The position numbers were made by a program, and so were the translations under genes. DNA of 63,985 nt, filler included, from Barthelona sp. PAP020 (taxonomy: Eukaryota), in assembly GCA_040182905.1 (NCBI GenBank). It is 4 parts of 4 records of this genome, joined end to end, with 100 filler letters (N's around TTAATTAATTAA, not from the genome) between each part and the next. Parts side by side here need not be neighbours in the genome. Positions count along the whole stretch, not along the records: positions 17,330 to 34,481 come from JARQWU010000248.1; 3 more parts are not named here. The stretch is one strand, 5' to 3'. The stretch's first letter is position 1. Each line of letters opens with the position of its first letter. Of this stretch, positions 21,252 through 31,936 are shown piece by piece. Below the pieces are notes generated by a model that was given only the letters and a program-made list of their open reading frames with translations, made no database searches and had not been told where the DNA came from.

Positions 21252-22586
21252 TTAAACATTATGAAATTGGGCAACATAGTATTTTACTCTGTCAAAATTA
21301 TTGAAAAGGTTATCATCCAATCTTAACCATGTTACTGCATTGGTCTTACAATATCCATTTGCTTGATTAATTGTATTTTTGAAAGCGCCATCATCCCATC
21401 TTTCAATAGCATTTTCTCCAGCAAATCTTAATCCTTTATTACAGGTGGCAGCATGCACTTGATGAACTAATTCCTCAGGGGCACACAAATTTTGTCCATT
21501 CCTGGAACAAGAATTGGCTTGTTCATTATCAGTCATTTCTAAACATGTGAAATCAACAACTACAGGTAATCTGGCTAATTGATTAACAATTAATGCATAA
21601 GCATCATTGCCATTGGTATTATAATATCCTGCAGTAAGTTCAGCAGCATGAGAAGGTGTGTTGTACTGCCAATGAATTCCAGAAATCTTAAAAGCCATAT
21701 CTACTTTACCCATACCAGGTACAGCAGAAATTGTGGATAAAATTCTCATGGCATGATCAATGAGAGATTGAGAATACCATTTCAAGAAAAACAATCCATA
21801 TTCACTCTTATAGCCATCTCTAAAGAAACTTGTCTCCCAAGGCATGCTATTATAGTTTCCTGCATCAGTAGGTGGACTGTTCCAGTCAGGATTCACGGCT
21901 TTTGCTTTGCTTTGGAAATCTGCCATCATATATTTATCCCAACATTGGAAAGCACCGATACCAGGGAAATTCCAACGAGATAATTGATAAGAAGGATATC
22001 TAAGTTCACCACAAGGACCCAATCCAACTTGAATTTCATTTAAAGTATTACTAAGATAATCTTTAGCTTGATTTAATAATTCGGCAACATAATTGGCATA
22101 AACTTGAACAGGAGTTCTACCATTTAAAATTGGTTTTTCATCAATTCCCAATGACAAATATTCAGGATCAGGATTACCCCATTGATCTTTATAATAAATA
22201 TCAGGATTAACTTTTCCAATAGCTTCAACCCAACCAGGCAAACCAATTTTAACACCATCACCATTATTGTCTCCACATGTATGGAATGAGGCAACAAATT
22301 GAACTTTAATGTTGTTTTGTTTCGCTAATTCTAAAATTTTCATGTATGGCTTAAAATTATATTGTTTGGGTGCAGTTTCAACAATTCCCCACCAAACATC
22401 TAACATAACACCATCAACATTAATATCGTGTAATCTTTTAAACCAACTTCCAATGGTGTCTTCACCATAACCTAAATCACCATGAATATTAACGGTGTCC
22501 AAAGGCATCATCACATTAAATGCAGTTTTTGCACTGATAACAATGAGTACACAGCTAATAATCAAAAATTTGCCGATTGAAACCAT
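21252..22586 (-). CDS. Secreted beta-amylase (GH14)
   Basis: VMMPLDTV, VDGVMLDVWWGIVE, SFHTCGDNNGD, GLGPCGELRYPSY, KISGIHWQY, FTCLEM, AGENA; signal peptide. Confidence 0.95.
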   Translation of the reverse strand: MVSIGKFLIISCVLIVISAKTAFNVMMPLDTVNIHGDLGYGEDTIGSWFKRLHDINVDGVMLDVWWGIVETAPKQYNFKPYMKILELAKQNNIKVQFVASFHTCGDNNGDGVKIGLPGWVEAIGKVNPDIYYKDQWGNPDPEYLSLGIDEKPILNGRTPVQVYANYVAELLNQAKDYLSNTLNEIQVGLGPCGELRYPSYQLSRWNFPGIGAFQCWDKYMMADFQSKAKAVNPDWNSPPTDAGNYNSMPWETSFFRDGYKSEYGLFFLKWYSQSLIDHAMRILSTISAVPGMGKVDMAFKISGIHWQYNTPSHAAELTAGYYNTNGNDAYALIVNQLARLPVVVDFTCLEMTDNEQANSCSRNGQNLCAPEELVHQVHAATCNKGLRFAGENAIERWDDGAFKNTINQANGYCKTNAVTWLRLDDNLFNNFDRVKYYVAQFHNV

Positions 22587-23160
22587 GAAAAAAAAAAAAT
22601 TCTATGTTATTGATCTCTTTAATTTGTGATAGAATATTCATAAATTTTTTGAATATTTTTACACATAAGACAATGATGGACTTTTGTTCATTCAAACAAA
22701 AAAAACCAATATGCGAGACAGTAAAAAACATTTTGTGTGGGATTTCATATTTACTGAAAATTGTTTTTCTAAGTTTTTTTATTTTTTAACAAAACAAAAA
22801 AGGTTTAATCTCCTTCAATTGAATCTTTTGGATGATTTTTTATTGGATTTAAGGGAATGAAATTGATTAGTTTGAAAAAGATTCTAGATTTTTTTTTTAC
22901 CGTTTCCCAGTAAGATTTGATCTGATAAAATTTTTCATGTATCAAATGATTTGAGATATTAGGTCGATATTCAATCATTGATTGTATTCAAAGAGTGCGT
23001 GATTGACAAAAAGAATCTTTGGTAATTTTTTTACGATTGTACAATTAAAATGGCTTAATGATAAAAGTATGGAAATAAAAAAACAAATTTGATTTATAAT
23101 TGATGAATTGAATGAACACAACAAATGAATTTGAAAAATTAAATTAAAAAAATTGAAAAA

Positions 23161-24870
23161 CTATGGTGATAAATTGCAATTGAAGTTATCCAAAACCCCA
23201 CTAATATCTAATTCTTCAAAATGATGTTCTGACATCATTAAATCAAACAAATTTGAATCAAAACATTTAGTTTCGACATTAAAGCATGAATAAAAAATTT
23301 TTGGGAATGAAGTTCTTTCAAAAACGTTTAGAGGATGTTTTAAAGATTTATTTAGCAAATTATATTGTTCTAAATTGACTTTTAAAAGCTTATTTTTTAT
23401 TTTTAACTCTATGCAAGACAATCTGGCGTCAAATTTTTTAATCACTTGACAAATGGATTTGTTTGGCAAATTTTGAATGTTTTCAAGTTCAGTTTCATTT
23501 TGGATGAATTCTTTTCTCATGAATACAGGAAGTTGATCCAAATCAATAACAGGTCTAACATTGAAATCCTCATATTTTAATTGATTTGATGTTCCAATAC
23601 ACATATTGATAATATTGTGATTTTTTAAAGACGATAAAACATTATCGATCGTCCAATATTGACAACTAATGGAATGAAGTTTCATTTTTGAAAAATAGTC
23701 CTTACAACGTATTAAATACTTAGTTTCTTTTGTCTGAGCATATTTGAAAATAAATAAATACAAAAACTCATTTAAATAATGAGGTTCTTTGATGAAATCC
23801 CAGTACAGATCAATTCTTTGTTTGGTAGGCTTGAGCTCAACCAACACATTGAGGATATCTTTAGCATTGAAGAATTCATGTTTGATCAGGTAATTGGATA
23901 TTTTTTTTTCTTCAATTTCCAACAATTTCAAAACTTTATCAAAATTTTGTTTTTCTTTCAAAATATTCAAGAAATATTCATTAACGTCATCATAGGTGTA
24001 GTTATACTTTTCAAATAATTTTTTCAATTGTATATTATCGAATCTATCTAAAAATAGGGATAAAATTATTAAAGAATTGTTTATATAAATTCTAGTTTCA
24101 TTTTTTATCTTGCTAATATCTGTAGCAATTAGATTCAGACAAAACTCAACGAATTTCTCCTCATTCTCTTTCATACTTAAAGAACACATCTCATATATCT
24201 CTTTAAAAGCTAATTCTTGTAAACTAAAAACACTTCTTAAATTTTCAGGCACACTTTGTATGTCAACTTGAAAGTTTTCAAAAAATTTGTAAAAATTATC
24301 AAAATTTTCATTCATTAAACTGCTACATTGAAGCTTAGTCATGTGTTTTATATATGGTCGAATCAAAATAAATAAAAATTTTTGAAAATCATGGATTCCT
24401 TTGCATAAAGTTCGCAGATTTGGAGAATATTCCATAGATCTGCTTGACAAAACTATTGAAGATTCAACAGAAAAAAATATATACTCACAAATTTTCATTT
24501 TTTTGTCTAAAATAAATGGATTACCAAAAACAAAAGATTTTCCAATTTCTTCAATAAGATCAGCAAAAACAATGTATAAACATTTAAATAGATCTATATT
24601 AACATCATATATTTGAAAACATTTTAAGTATTGTATTATTTGAGTAATTTTTTTATCGTTCATTCTTTTTATCTTCAGTATTTCTTTAAATTGATTTAAT
24701 ATCTGTTCTCTTTGTTGATCAGTTTCATTTTTATCAATATTGAAATCAACTTTGTTGAATAAGTTGTATATTTCCTGACTGCAATGATCGAAAAACTTTA
24801 TTGATTCAGCTTCCTCTATTTTTTCAATATAATTCGAATAATTTGTTTCAAAATTTTCATAAAACTCCAT
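23161..24870 (-). CDS. Hypothetical helical protein (possibly a very divergent cullin-like scaffold)
   Basis: 569-aa ORF; only weak cullin-like segment SCIELKIKNKLLKVNLEQYNLL. Confidence 0.55.
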   Translation of the reverse strand: MEFYENFETNYSNYIEKIEEAESIKFFDHCSQEIYNLFNKVDFNIDKNETDQQREQILNQFKEILKIKRMNDKKITQIIQYLKCFQIYDVNIDLFKCLYIVFADLIEEIGKSFVFGNPFILDKKMKICEYIFFSVESSIVLSSRSMEYSPNLRTLCKGIHDFQKFLFILIRPYIKHMTKLQCSSLMNENFDNFYKFFENFQVDIQSVPENLRSVFSLQELAFKEIYEMCSLSMKENEEKFVEFCLNLIATDISKIKNETRIYINNSLIILSLFLDRFDNIQLKKLFEKYNYTYDDVNEYFLNILKEKQNFDKVLKLLEIEEKKISNYLIKHEFFNAKDILNVLVELKPTKQRIDLYWDFIKEPHYLNEFLYLFIFKYAQTKETKYLIRCKDYFSKMKLHSISCQYWTIDNVLSSLKNHNIINMCIGTSNQLKYEDFNVRPVIDLDQLPVFMRKEFIQNETELENIQNLPNKSICQVIKKFDARLSCIELKIKNKLLKVNLEQYNLLNKSLKHPLNVFERTSFPKIFYSCFNVETKCFDSNLFDLMMSEHHFEELDISGVLDNFNCNLSP

Positions 24871-25058
24871 TTTTATCGAAAAAAAAAAGAACTAATAAAA
24901 AAAGAGCAATTCTTTATAGTACTGCACTTACAAATTAATATTATCAAAAAAGTTCAATCAATTTATTCATTCAGAATTACTTTGACAAATATATTTGAAA
25001 ATAATAAAGAAGAACTTCGAAAAAATAATTTACATCAGTGAAATTTCAAACACAATCT

Positions 25059-27032
25059 TCAGGCAATTTGAAATTCTTTAACTTCATTCAAAACATCTAA
25101 AGCTTTATCCAACAATGATTTTTGAGTTGTCAATTCCTTTCTCTTTTTTGTAACGGCAGGATCTTGTTCCATTAATTTGTCAAACAATTCCTCTTTATAT
25201 AGCTTAGCAACTAAAACATTTTGTAATTTTTTTCTTGATGAATTGACCAAAAAGTGCATTACAACTTTTGGAATTGTGTCATTAATTTTCTTTTTGACAA
25301 TTGCAAAATAGCTCAGCAGTAATTTCTCAAACAAATTGACAGCATTTTCTTCTCTAGCTGTCAAAGGACCATTGGCTCTCAAATTTCTGGGAACATTTTC
25401 AACACTCTGATTAGGAGATTGATAAGAGTCGGTGTTATTTGGATCTTCAGTTCTTTCCACTCTATTCAATAAATCAGAAGCTTTTATAAAATCGGGATGA
25501 GAAGTGTTGATATAAGACAATTCAATGTCAATCAAATCTTCAATCATTTGCTTTGTAGGTAATAATTGGTCTTTTAGCAATTCATTTGTGACTTCAAGAA
25601 TGGAATCTTTCAATTTATTGAAATTTTCAACTGATTTTGGCATTGAAGCTTGCATTACTTTAGTCAATTCCTTGTAAACCAGTTCAGCACACTTTAATGA
25701 AGGTGTTTTTAAGATACTGATTTGATCTCTCGCCAATAATTCAAAAGCAGCTTCAGACACAAAAATACTGCTGGCACGTACACCACCTGCATTTCGAATA
25801 GCTGTTCTTATGTCATCTTTTGAAATTCGTTTCTCAGGGTTTAGATCTTGCAATTGTTTTTCCAAAATAACATGGAAAACGTAACTAATACGCGCACCTC
25901 CATACAATTCTTTTGTAGAAGCATTTGCAATTGTACCATCAATATAGCTATTGAATTCAGATGTGTACTCTGTCAACAGATGTAAAATTGTCGCACCAAC
26001 ATTGTGATCATCGACCGGTGAGGAATATTGAGCTAATTGTTCACAAACTTCTGAGTGCAATTTTTTGACAGTTTCAAATGTGGAAGGTAATGTTCGATGA
26101 ATGTGATGCATCAAAAAGAAACTCAAAGTTTTAGCAAGAAACCTGCTTCCCATCTTATGTGCTACAGGGCCATATATTTGATGGTTTGAAAAAAATTCTT
26201 CTTCCTTTTTTAAGGAAGCGCTGATTGGCATATTTTCATCAATTTGTCTTTGCGATCTGTTTACAACACCAATAAATCCAAGTCTTAATGGTACAACTTT
26301 TCCTTTGAGAATATTCAATGCATCTGTTCCACTATCCATTAAATCAATTTTTGTAATAACACCCAATGTCCTTTTTCCTTCAATATCAACCTCTCTTGCG
26401 AGTTGTAATCCATCAGAGTTAGCTAAATCAGTATTTGCTGCAGATACCGCAAGAATAATGGCATTGGGATTTGATATATATTCCAAACACATTTGTCTCA
26501 GCTGATGTTCAATATCTTTTGGTTGATCATCAACAGCAACTCTTGTAATTCCTGGTAAATCAACCAAAGTTAAATTTAAAACATTTGATGACCATATTTT
26601 CAGACTGATTGGAGTTCGACTCACACTCTTACCTGAACCAACCAACCTTATTGTTTCTCGACTTATTTCATCTCGTATTTTATTAAAATCATAAAAATAT
26701 TCTTCAGGTTTATGATGGAAGCATCCCCATTCGGTATATCGTTTATTATTTTCATCAACTCGATAATCGTCTTCTTCAATATGATTTAATTGTAAAACCA
26801 ATGGTCTTCTAGTTACGATTCCAGATCCTCTAGGTAAAAAGTCTCGTCCAACAACATTTTCTAAAACTGAAGATTTTCCGGAACTTTGGGAGCCAATAAC
26901 CACGATTTGTGGTAAATTAATTTGATTCTAAGAATGGTTAGTAATAGTAAATTGATTATTGCTTACAATTTGTCCACCAATTACGGAAAACACATCTTGT
27001 AGTTTGTTAATAACTGGTATTAGTTTTTCCAT
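25059..27032 (-). CDS. Dynamin-related GTPase (Drp1/Vps1-like), 2 exons (27032-26967, 26927-25059)
   Basis: Spliced N-terminus MEKLIPVINKLQDVFSVIGGQI/NQINLPQIVVIGSQSSGKSS; DLPG, TKID motifs, middle domain and GED. Confidence 0.95.
26928..26966 (-). other. Spliceosomal intron, 39 nt, phase 0
   Basis: GTAAGC...ACTAACCATTCTTAG; removal deletes an in-frame TAG and restores the conserved dynamin N-terminus. Confidence 0.9.
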
Positions 27033-27347
27033 TTGATACAATTATTACTAAATAAATAAATAAACAACTGTTTACATACATTGAAAAGTATGAATGATTG
27101 TAAACCAACCATTCTGAAATTATTTAAACACCATTATTTTTACAATTCTACATATTTATGATCTATGTGAACAATAAAAAAGGGAAAATGAGATAAAATA
27201 TAAGAACTGAAAACATTCAATTCACAAAAAAAAAAAAAAAATATTCTCAAAATAGTGCAAAAAATATCAAACAAAAACATGTTTTAAAGCAATTGAATTG
27301 TTTTTCAACAAGTTTTTGCACCATAAAATAAAAAAAGAAACACATTT

Positions 27348-28670
27348 TTATTTTAATTGAAATTCATGAAATAATCTGAATACTTCTTTTTCATTATCTA
27401 CCAAAGGATTACCATTATGTCCAAAAAAACATTTTAATTTATAGTCGTTTACATTTAATAAAGGATACATAATAGGTGAATTTAAAATTATGGTTTCTTT
27501 GACAAATTGTTTTTTAAAATCTACCCAATCATTATTTCTATTAAACAAATCCACATTACGGGACGAATTTGAAAAGATTACTTGATTATCCAAAATTTTT
27601 TCAAGTTTTTCTCTTTGATCATAATCCATTTCATGAAGTGATTTTTCAATGATTGTGTCATTCATATCGAAAGGATTTAATAAATAAACTTTTCCATTAT
27701 CATCTTCAAAACATTCCAAAAACAATAAAATATTCTGTTCATTCACTTCAGTAACAGGTTTATATTTCTTGACATTGACATCCATCTTATACAGTTCGCA
27801 ATCACTCTTTTTGCTGTAAATTGAATGAAAAATTGGAGCATTGATATTGTCTGATGAACTTGTTGAAGTTACTTTTTTTTTCTTTTTATCTTTGTCCTTT
27901 TCTTTTGTTTCAACCTCAACTACTTTATTTTCCAATGCATAATCCCCATAACAATCCAAATAGATATGAGGAGTGTCCATATTGAAAGTTGATGTTATTG
28001 TTCCATAATACTCCTCAAAGTCCTCTTTACTGTCAATCAAACTCACCATTTTATGAGAATCTCTCCATACTTTTAATCTTTCATAATTTTCAATATTTGG
28101 CTCCAATTCAAGATATACAGTGATTTGAACAGGAAAATTCGACGTTATAAGGTTATTTAAAGGAAAGTACATCTGAATCTTATTTTGGTCAGTCATTACA
28201 TTTTGATACTTTCGTACTTCATACGAGGGATAATCAAACAACCCAAAAATGTACTGTGAAATAAACGTATTTTTATCGAATATTTCAAATATTCGATTAT
28301 ATAAACCATACAATTCAAAATTGTTCTCTTCCAACAATAAATTGATAGAATTAATTTTCTGTTCAAAATTTTCATTTAAAAATATTGATTTGTAAATATT
28401 TATTGGACCAACGTTGAAATTATAGATATTATCAAAGCTTTCAACAATATATAATTGATAATACAATTCAAAATTCGGTAAATACGCCTTTTTAAGATAT
28501 ATACCCTTTAAAGTAGTATTTATTGGATGAAGTAAATTATTGGCTAGGGATACATATGGATTTTTATCATCTTCATAAAATATACAATCATTTATTGCTT
28601 TAGATAAGATTTTATTGATATCATGTTTTTCTAAATAATTATTAACTTCTTCTACACGTTCGTTACTCAT
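27348..28670 (-). CDS. Degenerate enolase-like protein with N-terminal dimerisation/docking-like helix pair (ENO4-like)
   Basis: N-term YLEKHDINKILSKAINDCIFYEDDKNPYVSLANNL; enolase-like relics IYLDCYGD and VYLLNPFDMND; K-rich insert; catalytic motifs not recognisable. Confidence 0.5.
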   Translation of the reverse strand: MSNERVEEVNNYLEKHDINKILSKAINDCIFYEDDKNPYVSLANNLLHPINTTLKGIYLKKAYLPNFELYYQLYIVESFDNIYNFNVGPINIYKSIFLNENFEQKINSINLLLEENNFELYGLYNRIFEIFDKNTFISQYIFGLFDYPSYEVRKYQNVMTDQNKIQMYFPLNNLITSNFPVQITVYLELEPNIENYERLKVWRDSHKMVSLIDSKEDFEEYYGTITSTFNMDTPHIYLDCYGDYALENKVVEVETKEKDKDKKKKKVTSTSSSDNINAPIFHSIYSKKSDCELYKMDVNVKKYKPVTEVNEQNILLFLECFEDDNGKVYLLNPFDMNDTIIEKSLHEMDYDQREKLEKILDNQVIFSNSSRNVDLFNRNNDWVDFKKQFVKETIILNSPIMYPLLNVNDYKLKCFFGHNGNPLVDNEKEVFRLFHEFQLK

Positions 28671-28862
28671 ATAAATCAATCAAAATTAAAGAAAAAAAAA
28701 ACAAAATATTTATCGTGACAGATATTGTATGAAATTAAAATAATATTCAAATAATAACATTTTGAAAATAATTTTGTATCAACCATACTTTGCTGAATGA
28801 AATTTTGTGCTTTTTTTTTTTCACAATCAATGTAGAAAAAATTATTTTTCTTTTATCCAAGG

Positions 28863-30281
28863 ATGTTTTTACCAATATATTCGATTGTTTCTATATTAAT
28901 GGCACTCGGATGTTCGTTATATGCGAAATTTTTTGGAAAATTCGACGATTTATTTTCTTTGGTTCTTGAATTAAGTTCGAATCCTTTTCCAATATTTGTA
29001 TTTGCAAATTTAGTTATTGCATTTTGTGTTATAATTGTTTGGATTATTAAGATTGCGATGTTTGGGGAGTTAACTTTAAATGAACAAGAAGAAGTCAAAG
29101 ATATTTTAAAAAAATTGATGTTTAGCTCAATTTTTTTAATAACTTCAGTTTATGGAGAACTTCGAATTACTTTTTTGATGCATATTGTGATATATTCCAT
29201 ATTGAATATTGCATTCATTATTTGTAAGACACGATTCTTGCATTTTGAGGTTAGAGTTTCAAATCCCGTAAAACTTTGGGAGAGAATACGTATGTTCTTT
29301 TCATTGGTTGCTCTCCTAGCCATTTCATATATTTACACGAGAATCACTTATAATTCAATGGGATTGACAAGTTTTTTATCAATTTTTCAACAAAAAATCA
29401 TTTCAAAAATGCATTATTATCAATTGTCCATAATTTCACAATGTCTCATGTTGATTATTGTTGGAACCCATATTCTTATCAAGTTTCTCATTTCAACTTA
29501 TGATTCTGTTCGTCATAATAACAGCTGGATGTATAGAAAAATTATTGACCTCATATTGGCATTTATTCCTTCATCAATTGCGTTTTTTATCATATTAAAT
29601 ATGTTTATTGCATTGTTTTCAAACAATGAATTGTTCAGTTCAAGACAAATTCAAATGTTACTTGAGTTATTCTTCACGGGTAAGAAATTTTGGACCGAAT
29701 TTATCAATTTCTTGCATTATATGAAGAGCTTAAAACAACTCAACAGCTTGCCTCATCCAACAGAAGAACAAATAGAGGAAAATAGGATGTGTGTCATTTG
29801 TCAAGATGAGACCAATATTGCAGATTGCAGAGTATTGCCATGTGGTCATGTATTTCATAAAAATTGCATTCGAGTATGGTTTGCTGAACGACAGATTTGT
29901 CCATTGTGTCATCGAAGCTTTTTTGATTCTGAAACATCTCAAGAGCGACAGGAAGAGCAACAGAATGAAAATCAATCAGAACCTGCACAAAATAATCAAG
30001 AACAAGAACAACAAGAACAACAAAGGGTAATATTTGGTGATCATCATTTCCATTTTGTAAATAACAACACCAATCAACAAGTTCATCATCAAAATAATAT
30101 CAATGGTCAACCGATTAATCAACAAACTATTCCTTCAATTAATATGTCTTCATTTGTAACAATAACTCTTGACACTACTCAAAATGAAACATCGTTACCA
30201 GAAACTCCAGATGTTTGGATGATTTGGAACAATGATATGAAACGGTTTATGCCTGCAAACATTGAAATAAATCTAATTTAA
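28863..30281 (+). CDS. ERAD E3 ligase, HRD1/synoviolin-like
   Basis: Multi-TM N-terminus (MFGELTLNEQE), RING-H2 CVICQD...LPCGHVFHKNCIRVWFAERQICPLCH, Q/N-rich tail. Confidence 0.85.
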   Translation: MFLPIYSIVSILMALGCSLYAKFFGKFDDLFSLVLELSSNPFPIFVFANLVIAFCVIIVWIIKIAMFGELTLNEQEEVKDILKKLMFSSIFLITSVYGELRITFLMHIVIYSILNIAFIICKTRFLHFEVRVSNPVKLWERIRMFFSLVALLAISYIYTRITYNSMGLTSFLSIFQQKIISKMHYYQLSIISQCLMLIIVGTHILIKFLISTYDSVRHNNSWMYRKIIDLILAFIPSSIAFFIILNMFIALFSNNELFSSRQIQMLLELFFTGKKFWTEFINFLHYMKSLKQLNSLPHPTEEQIEENRMCVICQDETNIADCRVLPCGHVFHKNCIRVWFAERQICPLCHRSFFDSETSQERQEEQQNENQSEPAQNNQEQEQQEQQRVIFGDHHFHFVNNNTNQQVHHQNNINGQPINQQTIPSINMSSFVTITLDTTQNETSLPETPDVWMIWNNDMKRFMPANIEINLI

Positions 30282-30458
30282 TTTCTTTTCTTCTTCTTTT
30301 AGAATTTTGCAATGGTAAACAAAACTTTTGATAAAAAAGATTAAGATTCATTTGACTGTTTACCAATAAATGTGCCATATTTTACCTTCAAACTTTAAAA
30401 AAGGTTTTGCAAAAGAAAAAAAAAAAGACTTGATCAACTATTTTTTTTTCTTTTGATT

Positions 30459-30794
30459 ATGGGACTTCCAAAATCCGAAAAATTCTTATTGCAATTCGCT
30501 TTTTTTATTTCTGTCTGGGCTTTCTGTGTTTTTGGTCACGCTTCTACTTATATAGCTGAAAAAGCTCCTAGATGGGTATTCTTTATCAAAGCTGTATTTT
30601 TTTAAAATTTTTGTTTTCTTTCTAACATTTAGTGCCCTCTTTGGATTGTTGTTTTTTTTGGTTTTTATTCTTGTGCGAAAATAGGTTTCCATCTCATTAA
30701 ATATCGTAGATGTCCTGAAGAAAGAGATTTGTTACAAAATGATATTGAAGAAGCAAAGAAATTCTATGCTGACAAGGGTGTTGTTCTTGAATAA
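30459..30794 (+). CDS. DPM3: Dolichol-phosphate mannosyltransferase subunit 3, 2 exons (30459-30593, 30633-30794); missed by the ORF track
   Basis: Spliced 98-aa product: two TM segments then CPLWIVVFFGFYSCAKIGFHLIKYRRCPEERDLLQNDIEEAKKFYADKG, the DPM3 signature. Confidence 0.85.
30594..30632 (+). other. Spliceosomal intron, 39 nt, phase 0
   Basis: GTATTT...TTCTAACATTTAG; contains in-frame TAA; removal yields DPM3. Confidence 0.85.
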
Positions 30795-30925
30795 TTGTAT
30801 TAATTTATAAAACGTCGTTTTGTTACACCATTTTTTTCTTTTTTGGGAGCAAATTTACGAATGCTTATTTGATTTATATCAAATGAAAAAGATAATACAA
30901 ATGAAAAATTATTTTGAATTTTTCC

Positions 30926-31811
30926 ATGGACAGAAAGTATTTATCGAATAATGTAGATGATGCATTGACACTAGGACTTGCAGAAACGGTGATGGCACAA
31001 CCCTATGATCCAATTAAATATTTAGGAGAATGGTTATTGGCCTATGATGAAAAACTTCAAATGAGTCAAAGGGTATGCGATATATTTTTTTATAATATTC
31101 TAACTGTCACAGCAACGGGATGAGGAAAGAAAATACAAACAATCTTTGGTAGATATTCAAAAGAACAAAGAAATCGATTTGGAAAATCTGCACAAAGCTT
31201 TAGAAACTGAAACACATCAATTAAAACAAATGAAAAGTGATGAAGAAAAAAGAAGAATGGAAAAGAAAATTGAATTAAAAAAACATCTTGAAAAATTAGA
31301 AGAAGAAAGAATTATGAAAGATCCTTTATTAAGAAATCGTCGTTTATTAATTCAAGTGCGTGAAGATTTGAGTGGTTTGCCTGCTTCTTCTCTGTTAGAT
31401 TTGAAGCGTAGTTCTGATATAAAATTGTCCACTCACAAAGTTCTCAAGGGTATTTTTTATGTGTTGGGGAAAAAACCTTCTGAAATGGAAGATTGGAGTG
31501 AAATAAGAGGTCATATTGCTGGTTCTTTATTTAAAACATTAAAAGCTTTTGATCCAGAAGAAAGATCTAAAAAACCCATTTATAATCGCTCCAGAGTTGT
31601 ATTTGATAGTTTTACTGATGAAGAAATTGAAGAAATTAGGGGGAATGAAATCATCAATGTTTGTTTTGAGTTTTTGAAAATTGCCAATGAATTACATGTT
31701 GCTTCCATTGGGGAAAAAATAAAAACAGCACTTGCAGATGGTTTTCAAGCTGAGGACGTTGATGATGAAGAGGATTTCGATGATGATGAAACTGAAACTG
31801 TGTTTGTATAA
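30926..31811 (+). CDS. Dpy-30-motif coiled-coil protein (likely axonemal), 2 exons (30926-31072, 31113-31811)
   Basis: MDRKYLSNNVDDALTLGLAETVMAQPYDPIKYLGEWLL Dpy-30 motif; intron removal joins ORFs 30914 and 31146 in frame. Confidence 0.8.
31073..31112 (+). other. Spliceosomal intron, 40 nt, phase 0
   Basis: GTATGC...TTCTAACTGTCACAG; restores frame between two ORFs. Confidence 0.88.
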
Positions 31812-31886
31812 AAAAAAAAGTTACTATTTTTTTATGTTAAAATTCATTGTTTTGCTGAACTGACAGTGGCAAAAGAATGAGAACAA

Positions 31887-31905
31887 ATACACAGTGCTTT
31901 GGAAA
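31887..31905 (-). repeat. Remnant of R1 terminus
   Basis: atacacagtgctttggaaa vs reverse complement of copy B atacacagtgcttcttggcttggaaa (13-bp exact match); 32 bp from the kinase-ankyrin stop. Confidence 0.45.
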
Positions 31906-31936
31906 GTCGGAAATTCTTGGAAAATTCAAATTATTG

